DNA of 64,000 bases, from assembly GCF_032062105.1 (NCBI RefSeq), contig NW_026925910.1, forward strand, positions 62,001 through 126,000. The letters run 5' to 3'. The position numbers and the translations under genes were made by a program. Below are positions 1-12,799 of the stretch, one piece after another. The notes beneath the pieces were generated by a model. That model did not search any database, was not told the DNA's origin, and saw only the letters and a list, made by a program, of their open reading frames with translations. Origin of the DNA: Saccostrea cucullata (lineage: Eukaryota). Within the stretch, counting starts at the first letter, position 1. Each line of letters begins with the position of its first letter.

Positions 1-216
1 TCAAAAGTACTTCTTAAAGACTGACAATTTAGCCTTGTTTTGTTTTGAGAAAAGAAATCCTCAAGCATATTGAATTTACTTCATTTTCAGATTCAGTTGA
101 TTTTCCTGGCCTTGCACTTAGGCATGCAAGTTAAGATAAAGATTAAAGATTGTGATCATTTGTCACATATATAGCCACATGCAGATATTTTAGCATGTTC
201 CTTGAATGTACCTCAC

Positions 217-1073
217 CTGTTGATGGTCTTAAAGAGACATTTTGGATAAATTCCTTTTGCATGTGTTCTAGTGCTTGCTCCATTTCTTCTGTGAGTGAAT
301 CCATGTTTATCACCGCTCCTATTTCCACCTCAGCATCCTCTTCCTCATCATCCGAGACTTTCTTTGATTTCTTCTGCTTTTTGGCTTTAGGGTTTGCTTT
401 CTTCATATCTACATCAAATTATGAAATCATAATATCAATTCAGAGATTATCAAACATATAATAAAGTACAGATATTTAAACTTTTCATTAAATAATATAG
501 AATTGAGTCTCTAATTAGTTTGTCTGTAGAATGATGTACCATCATCAGGATCTAGATTACCATTATATGCACAATTCGGTTTAGGAAAATTTGTTTAAAC
601 GTCAAAGCTTTTATACAACTCTGATAATTCTTACTGTTTCTGGTAAACATGTATATGGCTATTTGGGCTCTGACTTGTTAATAAACCCTATATATTCTTA
701 TAGCTTATATGCAAAAGTTTTTGTATGTTTGTCAATAATCTGAGATTCTTCCCTTAATTCCCACTCCTGCTATTATACTACATGTGTACACATATGATCA
801 CAACTTAAGAGTCGGGGGTTAGAGTCATAATACTAGATTCTTAGATTAATTGGTGTACTGAATGCATTAAGCAGATTAAAGTACACTACTCAACTCACAG
901 TGAACGCTCAGTGAGAAGGTCCGATTCTCCAGTCCCCAAGTTCCACATGGCTGTAAAGGCGACACAGTTATTCTGTTTACTGAGCTTACAGCAGCTAACA
1001 GCTTTGTACCGACAGTGTTTGTTCTTGCACCAGAACTTGACAAAACACGACACAGGCAAACCAATCTCGACAT
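217..1073 (-). CDS. MRRF: Mitochondrial ribosome recycling factor, first two coding exons (899-1073, 217-408); gene continues beyond the left edge
   Basis: GT-AG splicing in phase gives a basic mitochondrial presequence (MSRLVCLCRVLSS...) followed by KKANPKAKKQKK...INMDSLTEEMEQALEHMQKEFIQNVSLRPSTG, resembling human MRRF INLEEVNEEMKSVIEALKDNFNKTLNIRTSPG. Confidence 0.85.
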
Positions 1074-1349
1074 TTTAGATATCCTTTTTGCTTTAACTGC
1101 AACCTGTGCCAAGGTCTAAGCAATGATTAAACTATGGCTGTTCTGGTTTAGCATTGTTTTAGGGAGGATCAAGATGATATACACTAATGAATACAAAATC
1201 AACAGGCTTCTACTATTCCTTACACTAACGACACAGGTGCTCCCTGTGTGTCATTGAAACTTATTCGATGTTGAAACGAAGCTTAAAAATAAATATCAGG
1301 AAGTTCTTCAGTTCAAACGCTTTTATGACTAAGAATGAATGAGGACTAT

Positions 1350-1675
1350 ATTTACCTTTCTAGAAAACCCAAAAATCCTTATCTTACCAAACATTAAAAG
1401 GAAAAGATAATCATGTTTTGAGTAAAAATGTATTGATAACAATAGGGGCAAAAGCAATAATTTACATTACCCTCTCTTTAAACAAACATGGTATTTGAAC
1501 AATATAAGCAACCTACTTTTACCCATAGCTTCATGCAAAGTGAAAGTAGGACAGGCGGGTTTGTCACTCTTTTGAAATTGAACTGTAACTATTGATTTCC
1601 ATCAAAAATGGTGTTTATTTGAAGATTGATTGAACGAAGTTTTATGAGAAAATCCAACAATCATTAAGGTAAGTG
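1350..1675. promoter_or_regulatory. Putative bidirectional promoter region between MRRF and RBM18 non-coding first exons
   Basis: Minus-strand donor (AAAG|GTAAA, ~1355) and plus-strand donor (AAG|GTAAGT, 1669) face away from each other, with a GC-box-like AGGCGGG at ~1553 between them. Inference only. Confidence 0.4.
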
Positions 1676-1892
1676 TATAAGGAATTTTGATATCCTACAA
1701 TCAATGTATTTGATTGATTAGGTATCGTTAAAAACATTGTTAGTGACTTATCTGAGATTACTTGATAGTTTGAGTGCATTGTAATATATATTACTTACAC
1801 AAAGAACTTAGGTGTTGGTGACACTGTGTTATTATGTCACAATACATTTAAGCTTACCTGAGTCGAAGGTTTATACCGGTATCAGCATATGT

Positions 1893-2180
1893 TTGTAACG
1901 GAAGAGGAGAAAAAGCAGCGAAGCAGACTGAGATTCAAACCCGGGCCACATGAATCACTATTCAAGCCCTCTACCAACTTAGCTATCTAGCCACTGCGAT
2001 CAAATGTGACTCAATCCTTAAAGGTCTTTGGCCCCCCAAAACCCTAACCCAGGCTCATACCTGGTAGGCCTCGAGACTCACCTGTCAGTTCCAGGGCATG
2101 TCATGTCACCAAATGTAACATGAGAGGAGAAACAGCTGTCCAGACTGGGATTCAAACCCAAGCCCTCTGAATCTCCAGTG
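1893..2180 (-). mobile_element. tRNA-derived SINE-like repeat, two tandem degenerate heads
   Basis: Minus strand shows A-box TAGCTAAGTTGGTAGAG and B-box GGTTTGAATC at ~1925-1995; partial second copy at 2110-2180; related copy at ~6820-6915. Confidence 0.55.
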
Positions 2181-2184
2181 TCTC

Positions 2185-2718
2185 ACATCTCACATATTGA
2201 CCCATGGGGATAAGGACGGGTCCACAGCGGGTGATCAAGGCTTTATAAAAAATCTTTAAAAACCCTTTTAAGAACAGAAAAGCCTTGATTGGTCATATTT
2301 ATATGAAAGCATCCTCAGTTAGTGAAGATTCAAGCTTCTTCATATATTTATGACCCTTGGGGATGGATGGGACTACAAAGTATAGCAGGGTTATCACAAA
2401 GGCTCTGAGGCCAAGAAATTTCATCGCCTATAATGATGTAATCCCCTGATTATTCTGGTATTTCCTCTTTAATCCCTGTCATGTGAGGAACCCCAGACTC
2501 ATTTCTACTTTGCCGAAGTCCTCAAAATCTTTTCAAGAAAAGCAGAGCCATGATTGCATTCAGGTCATCTTTTTATTGGAGCATCATTACATAGTGTAGA
2601 ATCAAAGCCTTAATATATCAAATGTTAGATCACTTTATATTTCAACTTTTCAGTACTGAAATTATTTCTACTCTATTGTTCAGGTGATCAGTGTCACTGT
2701 GTGGTCTTTGGGCCTCTT
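2185..2718 (+). mobile_element. Degenerate Helentron/HINE remnant
   Basis: Decayed 166-type units and a 3' end (...gggcctcttg) resembling the element at 14161-14947. Confidence 0.5.
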
Positions 2719-3200
2719 GAACACGACTCGTAAATAGGCATATGCCATTTTTGATAGCATTATCTATGATACATCAATACTAGGGTATATTCGTCGCATT
2801 CGTTACACCTGACTGCTTTATTGTCACGGGTATCGGCGTGGAACATTGGCGGCCCGTGTTCGTGCTGGTTATCTAGCATTACCTTTGTTTACATTTTATT
2901 GCAGTTATGTGTATCTGTGTTGTTTGTATACTCATTGACGTATACAACTATAATTGTAAATTTATTTGGTATCATATTTTTCTGCATTAGACGAAGTATT
3001 ACGTTATTATTCTCGCTACCGAGTTCTGTATAGCATACGTCCGTCTACACCAGTGTCGACTGATTACACTGAACAGTGTCTAAGTTCTGCCCTATTTATA
3101 GGGGTCTGCAGAGTAGCAAGACTCGGGAACAAAAATGGCGGACAGATTCCTTTTACGAATCGTGTTCAGCTTTAATTCTTTAACCAGCTCTAAAAATGGT
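2719..3200. repeat. Unclassified interspersed repeat; inverted copy at 36240-37558
   Basis: Visible similarity over ~450 bp to the reverse complement of 36240-36647 plus 37528-37558. Confidence 0.75.
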
Positions 3201-4508
3201 ATTTAATAATTGATCATACATTTAACTTCAATTGCTGACAATTTACTTACCTTTCAACGCTAACAAATGGCTGTTTGAGGTTACGGATGTCGAAATGGAA
3301 CTCTTTTAAACCGACGTTACTAAGCTATATAAAGGACTGTTTCAGACCATTAAAAGGTAAATGAACTTTAATAAATTATCACAAATAAGAGTTAAATATA
3401 TGATTAACTATAGGATGCAATTCTAAAAGCCAGAGAAAGTTTCAACTACACGAAATAAATACCTAAAGTGTCGACAAAAAATCATCGGCATAAATGGAAG
3501 GTTTTTACAATGCTTGGATCTGTAGTTCTCTGTTTTATTTTTAAGCAGAGAGCTACAGTTCTGCAGCTAGGGTGTCAGAAGCTACAGATTTATGTCAAAC
3601 AGAAAAAAATGTTCCTTTCCTTTCTCTAAATTTTTCATAAACCTCACAATTTTCTCAAAATTTATATTCTATAGACAAGCAGACATTTAAGTTTAATATG
3701 AATGAGAGTGAAACAAATCTTTTTTAACAATCATATTCATTAGTAGCCTCGTAGGGGTGTTATTTTAAAACAATATATGGGTATGTGCTGACTTTATAGT
3801 GTAGAGGGAACATTTAGATTTCCTGCATATGTTCATCATGTTCATAAAAGGGGAATATTATTATTATTTTTTTATTACCTATAATTTGTGAGGTGTTTTA
3901 GTATTATTTAGAATAAGTGTCCACTTCCAATCAATGAATATTTTGCAAAGTTCTCTAAAGTATACAAATCCCAATACATGTACTGAAAAAAAGATTTTAT
4001 TTTACATCTATATTAGCTGATAAATTAAAGTCTATAAAATGATTGAAAATTTTACATTTTTAAAAAAAGGTAAACAAATCGTTTCTTGAAAAAAAAACAA
4101 CTTTCCATTTCATCAATAGACAATTTTTTCCCCTTAATATATACATATGGTTTAAGGGTGGAGTATTCTTCTCCCGTAGTAAACAAGTTTATTGACCTAC
4201 TTAAAAATCCCATTTGATGCATATTTTTTGACTCCACCACCCACACTGCTTTCCAAAATAATTTGTTTCTAGATGTGTACTTTTACTGTTGTTGACAAAT
4301 ATTCCCTAACAAATGAGTCACACCAACAACTCTGAGAAGCGATGATAGATAATTAATAACGGTGAGGTCAGGTGAAGTCTGTGTGAGCCCTGACTGCCCA
4401 TGGGAGATTGGTGTTAATATGGACCCTTGACAAATGGCCTACACATTCATAGAACACCCCCTGGCCCAACTGCTTCATTTTGATGTGTTTTGATGTTATT
4501 TCTTTACG

Positions 4509-4537
4509 CATCTAGAAGGTTTCATAAATGTATATAA
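4509..4537 (+). promoter_or_regulatory. TATA box with adjacent imperfect heat-shock element
   Basis: TATATAA at 4531-4537, ~135 nt upstream of the sHSP ATG, preceded by cATCtaGAAggTTTc (imperfect nTTCnnGAAnnTTCn). Confidence 0.55.
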
Positions 4538-4671
4538 GGAGCACAACACCTAATGCAAAGTAGCATATCTTTAGAAGGATTTGAAACTAGCTGAATATTG
4601 AACTTGCTTGTTGTGCATTTATTGGACACTTATCCATATCCAGAAGGAAGAAACTGTGAGAAAATCTGACC

Positions 4672-5373
4672 ATGTATAGTCGACATATACCAATTTACCA
4701 TGATGACTGGAGTCATCGCTGGTCATCCTTAAACCAAGGTCCATTCTATTCCAGTCGAGTCTCACGATTCCCAGAGATACCCCCGCCTCCAATAACTACT
4801 AGGTATGATCCCGAGCCTTTCTTTGACCGGTCACCTATGCCTTTTCCAGACTATAACGAGAGGAGAGAGCTTGTGTCCCGTAGTGAGCCTGCATGGACGT
4901 ACTCGGCCCCACCACCGACGCCTGCTCCCTCCTTGATGGAGAACGAGATGCGAAAGATGACCCACGAAATGAACAACATGGCCAGGAACTTCCAGAGAAT
5001 GGGACCAGCCAGTGGACTCAAGTCAGTGGAGGACATGAGACTGACCGAGGATTTCAATGTTAACAATCCAGTGCAGCAGGATGTTTATGGAAACAGAAGA
5101 TTCCAATTGGAGTTTGATTTGCGCCAGTTTAGACCAGAGGAAATTCACATCAAGACCACTGGAAATCAACTCACCGTTCACTGTAAGCATGAGGAAAAGG
5201 AAAATGGAAAATCGTCATTTAAAGAGTACAACCGACAATTTGTCCTACCCAAAGAGGTCAACCCTGAGCATTTAACTTCAAAGCTGTCGGCTGATGGCAA
5301 CCTCTACATTACTGCACCATTGCCAGCACTGCCCAGTTCCAGAGATAGGCTGATACCCATTGATAAGAAGTAA
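4672..5373 (+). CDS. Small heat-shock protein (HSP20/alpha-crystallin family), intronless, 233 aa
   Basis: Alpha-crystallin domain (FQLEFDLRQFRPEEIHIKT...LTVHCKHEEK...EYNRQFVLPKEVNPEHLTSKLSADGNLYITAP), C-terminal I-X-I motif (LIPID), Pro-rich N-terminus. Confidence 0.95.
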   Translation: MYSRHIPIYHDDWSHRWSSLNQGPFYSSRVSRFPEIPPPPITTRYDPEPFFDRSPMPFPDYNERRELVSRSEPAWTYSAPPPTPAPSLMENEMRKMTHEMNNMARNFQRMGPASGLKSVEDMRLTEDFNVNNPVQQDVYGNRRFQLEFDLRQFRPEEIHIKTTGNQLTVHCKHEEKENGKSSFKEYNRQFVLPKEVNPEHLTSKLSADGNLYITAPLPALPSSRDRLIPIDKK

Positions 5374-5985
5374 TGATAAATGGACTAAATGTAAAGATAC
5401 ATGGTAGATACTCTTGCAATTATTATTGGAATTTTGACTGGTAAAATGCTGGTGTATTTTTAGAATGTTTTTGAATTTGTATATAAATTGTATAAATTAT
5501 GTTTTGTACATTAAATTAAAAGTAGGTTAGAACATGCTTACTCTTTTGTTGTGTTTTATAACCATTTCAGTTAATATGCCTTTGAGATAATCCATGCAGA
5601 ATATATCTACAAGTATCCAGTAACTTGCACATTTTAATGGGAAAATTGGAGTTAAAGTGATGAATATAGCAGGGTAGGAATCAAATGAAGAATTGCAATT
5701 GTGCTAAACACTGCTAATGCTGCAACTATTTACTGGATACATGTAGTTGTAAATTTTTGCAAATTAAATCTTGTGCCATTGTAGTAATTGCTGGATTAGT
5801 ATATTAAAATTTTAGTAAATGATGTACGTCTTACACTATATGTATATGAAAGGAAAACAGAAATCCTAGGTGGTCTTGTAAACTTTTTTTTTTTAATTTC
5901 ACAAAGAAAATAGTTTGTATAAATAAAAATGGTGCAGTTATGCAGCCTTCTGACGACAGAGTCTTTAAAATTTTTATTCAAGTAA

Positions 5986-6232
5986 GGACAGATGATACAA
6001 ACAAAATTGGATGCCTGGATTGGTAGATATTTTATGGCCTAATCTCATTGAAAATGATGCAAATAATAAATTTCTAGAAAATAAAGAAATTGTAAACCTT
6101 CTAAGATGTGAAAATTAATTTGAAAAAAAAACCCTAATAACTACCCACTGAAATCCATTCATTTTACTCGTTAAAAAAAAACACGACTCAAGTTGTTACA
6201 AATTTTTTGACAAAAGTTTGTATCATCTATCC
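5986..6232. mobile_element. Kolobok-like MITE
   Basis: 17-bp TIRs GGACAGATGATACAAAC / GTTTGTATCATCTATCC; flanks GTAA and TTAA (degenerate TTAA TSD). Confidence 0.65.
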
Positions 6233-6819
6233 TTAAGTAAAAATTTTTTCACCAAAAGGAACTTTCTGGTGAATATCAATAATTAAAAAAAATTATGTTA
6301 TAGAAATATGTAAAACAGTTTGTGCAGATTTAGTTATTGCTTAACATATATATTACAAAATCTTCCTGTCGAGGACAAACCATGCAGCTATATTTCATCA
6401 TCCTTTCCAATTCTTTCCTTCTACGTCTACATGGAACTCGATGAAAAGTCATGAAAATCTTTAAAAATTAACAAAAATATACTTTTTTACATGTAAGAAA
6501 TTGAATTTATAAACTTAAAAAATAGAATTCTCTAAATTTTGGGTACCCCTTTTAAAACTAATGCCACCCCAAATTATTCAGCATTTGAAGATGGCAATAG
6601 ATAACAGGATGGCCTGTATCTATACCTTCTCTGACCATTCACTGTGGATATTCTGAAGGGTGTATCCACGTAGCGTCATCCGTGACAGCTGACTAATGCC
6701 TACAGGCTCATTGGCCTAACAATCTACACAAGTTGTCACCTCTGATTATGAGATATATTATTAAAAATTTGTCCTTATGGCTAGATTGTTTCAACTTATC
6801 AGGGCATCAAATGCTCAGA

Positions 6820-6915
6820 TGCAGGAAAGGAGAAAATGTATGACTGGACCTGAAATAGAACCCAGGACCCCTAAATCACTAGGCAGGTTCTCTACCTACC
6901 GAGTTACAGGCCAAT
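6820..6915 (-). mobile_element. Degenerate tRNA-derived SINE head
   Basis: Similar to 1893-1995 (gaacccaggacccctaaatcacta...ctctacc). Confidence 0.45.
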
Positions 6916-7835
6916 ATCTATGGACTAAACCTTTTACACGTGAAAGAATTTTTTTCTCATCAAAAATAGAATTTTTATTATATCCTCACTATTCAAAAGT
7001 TATGCCCCTTGGTCTCCATCTTGGGAGGAAAACCACTAACAAGCGCCTGTAGGGAAAAGGTGCAGAATCCTCTGTAGATTTGCTAATTGGAGGGACATTT
7101 TATCCGTCCAGCTTAACTGTCCATTTGTCAGTAACAAAAACTTTATACTTATTGCTTTGAATGCATATCTCGTTTGAGTATTTCCTGTGACAAGACGTAC
7201 CTTTATGAATGTGTGAAGTTCGAATTACTTTTCAAATATTTTAATCTTGGTCATAAATTTTATACCCGAAAAGACTGTACCATTTTCTATGAAAGTTGAG
7301 TTCTTGACTTATGGCTTGTCGCACTTCTCAAAAAAAATTTTACTTAGCTTTAACCTTTATACCAGAACATATCTTCAAAACTTCTTCTTTGCATAATTCT
7401 CAGACAGGGCAGGACATATAACAAGACAGTTCCAATAATTTATAAAGTTTCAAAACAAAAAACAAAATGACAGGAAAAAGTAGTCTCAGTACATGGGATT
7501 CAATTTCATATATCAAATTTTCGGGGTTTGAAGAAAAACTCTTGGTTCGTGGGGATTTGAATTCTTGGATAAAGAATGTTGAGTATTTATGTATGCAACA
7601 TTTTACATTTCGTAGTAGACATGAATCCATTCGTTGGTCTCTTCATACCTCGAAAACAACAAAAATTAACCCTCCACGAAAATTTGTGATTTCACAGTAT
7701 TATACATTTTATTGAATTCAGAATTCTAAATTTGATCTTTATATATACAATGTATTGTATTTGAAGGTAATGAGAGTTGTTGTGCTGGGTGCAGACCCCC
7801 TGGGCCACTGGAGACCACATTGACATCATTAGTTA

Positions 7836-9186
7836 CCCATACGGAAAAAAAGGGCAAACAAACTACTATAACAAATTACTAACAAACCACTATGGTTTGA
7901 AAGTAGTTTAATAGTATAGCAAATCACATGCAAATGAGCTAACAAACTATACTCTAACAAACTACTATCAAACCACACTTAACAAACTACTATCAAACCA
8001 CTCTAACAAACTACTATCAAACCACTCTAACAAACTACTATCAAACCATTCTAACAAACTACTATCAAACCACTCTAACAAACTACTATCAAACCACTCT
8101 AACAAACTACTAACAAATCACTGGGAAGTGGGAACAAATCCATCACCAAAACACTGTAGATTTGAATTTTCCATTACAAATCCACAAGTCTTCATTGAAA
8201 ACACCTAAAACAATCACATTTTGAAGTATTCAACAAGTCTTGTTTCAGGGTATTTAAATTCCAGGATTCACAAGTTTAGCCAATGCAAGTGCAACATCCA
8301 ACATGTTTCCTTTTGTTAAGGAGATGCAATTCGAAGTCAATGTCCATGTACTTATCACATATTCTCCTTCATGTTGTGTACATCTTCATAGTATTTTTCA
8401 CTAAAAAATGTTCTTCAAGCTGATGATCGACATTTTAATATTTCCCTGCTTCCTCTGGCATAGAAAAAGATGCAATTTTCCCTTGTTTCTGACCTCATTG
8501 CAACTTTGAAAGACATCTTTATTGTCTTATTTTCAAGTATACTTCCCATAATCCAATGCATAACTGATCTAAACTAGGATAGGAATTATAGGTCAATCTG
8601 AAAATGAATAAAAATTCCAAAGCTAGTAAAAAGCATATGCATCCACATTCACAGAAGGTTAATTACTTCATGACATGCATTAAATATACCTCTTCTGTAT
8701 CCAGATCCATCTTTTAATAATGTTAATTGCTGCTTTTTCCAGTCAGGGATCATATAGAATGATACTATAACAATTTGAATGTCCCTTCACCAGTTCCTTT
8801 GTTTCTGACATGCTTGGTGGTTTGAAAATTGGCGCAAATAGTTAAACACCGGATGTAAAGAGATAAGCTGTTCTTGGAAACTTCAACAATTCTAGATAAT
8901 TCAACCCTAAACACATCTGTAAAGTAATTTCCCATGTGGTTAGATGCAAATGCTATACTAATAAAACACTGTTGCAAGATACCAAGTCTAACAAACTATA
9001 AAGAAATCACAATCACCAGAAATGAAAGACTAACAAACCACTGCAGCTATTTTTAGAAAAAGTGGTTTGTTAGTGGTTCATTAAATGCTATACTATCAAA
9101 CTACTGTAACAAACCACAAAAGTATAGTTTGTTGGTAGTTTGTTGATGGTTTGATAGTAGTTTGTTAAAAATCTTTTCCGTTTGGG
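7836..9186. mobile_element. Non-autonomous EnSpm/CMC-like DNA transposon (1351 bp)
   Basis: Termini CCCATACGGAAAA / TTTTCCGTTTGGG, TA duplicated at 7834-35 and 9187-88, subterminal arrays of AACAAACTACTATCAAACC (inverted at the right end); no intact ORF. Confidence 0.8.
7950..8120 (+). repeat. ~24-bp subterminal tandem array (actctaacaaactactatcaaacc)n
   Basis: About 7 near-identical units, visible directly. Confidence 0.9.
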
Positions 9187-9194
9187 TACAGAGA

Positions 9195-11162
9195 ATGTCA
9201 GAACTCCTGCCTGTCCCTCCCGATCTTTCAGAGGAGTCAGATCATCGCTTGTGGATTGGAAATCTGGATTCCAGACTAACAGAGTATCACATTAGATAGA
9301 TCCGGCCTCCCTGTTCAGTGCTATTCATACAGTAATACATGCTTATAGCTTATAGTGAACACACTTATAATGAATTGATGCTTACAGCAAAATCATTTTC
9401 ATTCCCCATGATTTTAAAATGTACTGGAAACTTATCTGTAATTGATGAATTTTCTACCAAAAATAACAATACATTGTATTGCTTTGTGATGAAAACTTTT
9501 GTGAGCAAAAGATGGTCACAAAACTTGTGAATATTTCTTGCACGTAATACAAATGTTGGTTCACATAATTATATGTTAAAACGGACTTTTCACCAATTTT
9601 TAAAATCAATTCTTTTAAAGGTTCAGCTTACTGAAGATTTTACAAAAGTTTGGTTCCTTGAAAAAGTTTGACTTTTTATATCATAAGTCTGGACCAGAGC
9701 AGGGGAAATCTAGAGGATACTGCTTTGTCAGTTACGAGAGCAGAGAGGTGAGATTTCAGCATGTATACCATCTTACTTTAACGATACAACTCTGATTCAC
9801 TATTATGCGAGTTTGTATTGTCAATGAGCAAGTTTTGAACTTACTAATCCTGGCCAAACTTGCTTTCAAATTGATGTTGCATCTTGATGAAGGCGAGAAT
9901 AATTTCCTTCTGACCATACTATGTGTCCTACCTACCTAGGGATCTACATTGCAGGCGGTAGACTAGATGTATTTAGGGATACACACTAACAAACTTGATG
10001 CTGCATTGGATTATTTTGGTATGATTGGACAGACTAAAGAATTAGAAACCAGCCCATTCTTAAGTAATTGTTAAATTACCCTGATCCAAACTAGCATATA
10101 CATGTAGGCTGTATCAAGGGATGCACACTACGGGACTTGCTTGAAATGCTATATTTATATTCCTTAGAATTGTACTGTACCAAAAGTAAACTGAAATCCT
10201 CCTGACTGACATTTCATGCATTTGAGATTTGACTTGTATTATAGAAGAAGCCTTTATATGAGGAAGTGATGCAACAGTTAGAATTACAAGTCTCTCTAAG
10301 CTTCAAAATTATTTACAGAATGCAGAGCGTGCCATGGCTAAAATGAATGGGAAATTGGCTTTATCCAAACGACTGATTGTTAAATGGGCCCATAAAGACC
10401 CAGCAGAGGATCAGGTACATTATAAATGGTTTTGCACATACCAATGCTTATTATAAGGATAATATTAACAAAATACCATACAAGCAAGAACTTTTTCATA
10501 AAGAAATATCATTTCAGAAATCCAAGTCACATGATAAAGAAAGCACTGGAAAGGAAGATGTAGTAAGGTATTGTAACAATGCTTATAAGGTTATGAAAGA
10601 ATTATCAAGTGATTAAATAAAATATAAAACTAGGGGAATGCTGGGATAACCTGTAAAAATCTACTTTAAGGCTGACTGACCTTCCAGTAAGAGAGATAAC
10701 TCTTAATGGGATAAATGACTTCAAAATAATTGTTTATAAGAATGCTTAATTAACTAAAAGATCATATCTGTCAAATGGTATTCTGAGATTTTGTGCAGTT
10801 TAATTATGAATTACTTTATATTAGTGCTAAGGCAAAATTGTTTTTAAATCATAATACAGTATGACAACCTAAAGATTTATTTTCTAAACTCCAATCAAAT
10901 TTCAAATTATTGTAAATTTGAGTAAATAACCTATATACAAATCCTTGAAATATTATCATTCAGTCTTTAATTTTTTTTTAGTCCTCAAAGCAAAATTAAA
11001 GCAATAGAAGCTAAGCTGCAGAAAATGCAAAAAGATGGAAGTGCAACCTCTAACTTGAAACCATTGCCTGGTACCAGTCAATTAAGCATGGTTCAGAGAG
11101 AGGCTAGAAAGATGGAGCAGGCCAATGCTAATAAACAAACTAAAAAACCATACAAGAGATGA
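9195..11162 (+). CDS. RBM18: RNA-binding motif protein 18; exons 9195-9283, 9621-9747, 10319-10414, 10518-10567, 10982-11162 (180 aa)
   Basis: HRLWIGNLDSRLTE, LLKILQKFG..KKFDFLYHKSG..QGKSRGYCFV, MNGKLALSKRLIVKWAH and KIKAIEAKL match RBM18; splice phases are consistent. Confidence 0.95.
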
Positions 11163-12799
11163 CAAATCTTGTCAAAATTTGTACTTTACAAATTCTGAGC
11201 CACCTTGAAATCTGGCTTAAATGTGGAGAGTTGTTCCGACTTTATGATACCTACTAACTGGAAGATCATCTAAGATTGAGATCTGTATGAATATAGCTGA
11301 GCTGGAGTTTTATGCTGCTTGAGAAAATTTCAACTCAAAGTGAAATATGAAGTTTTGCATTCACTTCAGTGTGACGAGTTAAAAAAAAAAGAAATAAATA
11401 AATACACAAAGATTATTGGCTTGTGCAAATTTATTTTCAAAATACATGTACTGAAAAAAAGTTCATAGTATTTGAACACAAAAATGAATTTTTATAGGGA
11501 CATTTAGATTGTTTGCAAGAAGACAGAACAAAAGTAATGTGCAAGCATAACAGTGCAAAAATTGAAGAAAATCTTGTGTGAATGCCCTCATTCAATATCA
11601 TTATAAGCGAAGTGCCCTAGAGAAAACAAGGATAATTGTGTGTGATTCATAAAAGGGAAACAGAGAGTCTTGTGAAGGATATTTAAGTGTAATAGTAATA
11701 CTTTGTTGGTGTTCATAAATGCACATAAGTATTAATCTGTTCAACATGGAGGGCACTTTGTGGTTTAGCTTAAAACTGAATGCAGATAATGTCATTTGTA
11801 ATTCATTAAATCTATCAAGTTGCTACTTTGTCAAGTGAAATAAAAGGGAACATAAAATATCATTACAGTGCATAAAAGAACAAAATTAAATAAAAAAAAC
11901 AAACCAAAAAAAAAAAAACAAACCCAAAAGTAATGTCCACATTTAGCACTAATATCAAAAGCAAAGATTTTAATAATTATGGTTTATGGCACATTTTGAA
12001 TATTGCAAGCACAAACTATTAATGAAAAACAAACTCCAGCACTTCAAAAGAAATATGCATCACAATGGGCAGGGAAACATGTACATAATTTGCACTTCTC
12101 TGGTCAGTTATATGCATAGAAATATTATAGTATCTACAAGTACTTTTATCAGCCTCATATACCTTAATTAAATGAAAAAAATCTAAAGATCAAACTTCTA
12201 AAATTGTTATTGCTAATCTAAAACGCATATATATTGACTAACTTTTGTGACAATTGCAATTAACAAAAACTTCAATTTAATCAATGAAATTTTTCTCATT
12301 GAGAAAAAAAAATTACTGAGGAGAGAAGTGCTATTTTTCTGTACATGTTCTACAAATCATTAATGGCTAAAACTAGACAGTAGACATTGAATAGAATATC
12401 GATGAATCAATACCTTCCTTACAGGAAAAAGGGTATCTAAACAAATGTAAGAAATTCTGATTACAATTAAGTACACAAGTACTTAAAACCTGTGGAACAG
12501 GCCAATTTAAGCAACAATGTTAAGCTAATGCTACAGTTTAATGTCAGTATTCTGTACAATATTATTATATACAAAAATATATACAATTAACATGTAGGTT
12601 CTGTTATTTCACAATTAGTGCTTGTTTTTTTTTGACCAAAATCTATGGATTTTCTCAAAATTCTTTCCAAATTTGAGTTGGCATGTCAACAATTTTGAGT
12701 ATTTACTATTCAAAGATGGGTGGAAATACTCAAGTAAATTCTTCTAATTTTTTTTTTCTTTTTAATGACAAGATGTGTCTGATTATTTAAATACCAATA

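Noticed and set aside
1920-1995. Possible tRNA gene
   Set aside because: A and B boxes are present but I could not fold a clean cloverleaf; several degenerate copies indicate a SINE.
2041-2050. ACCCTAACCC as a telomerase RNA template, given TEN1 in the window
   Set aside because: Single 10-mer within a SINE-like region; no supporting structure.
2821-3175. Hydrophobic ORFs similar to ORFs at 36338-36650
   Set aside because: Similarity is from a shared interspersed repeat; non-ATG starts and frames not conserved.
7950-8120. CRISPR-like or telomere-like short repeat array
   Set aside because: No unique spacers and eukaryotic context; it is a transposon subterminal array.
8200-8990. Transposase or captured gene inside the EnSpm-like element
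   Set aside because: Only short interrupted frames; no recognisable motif.
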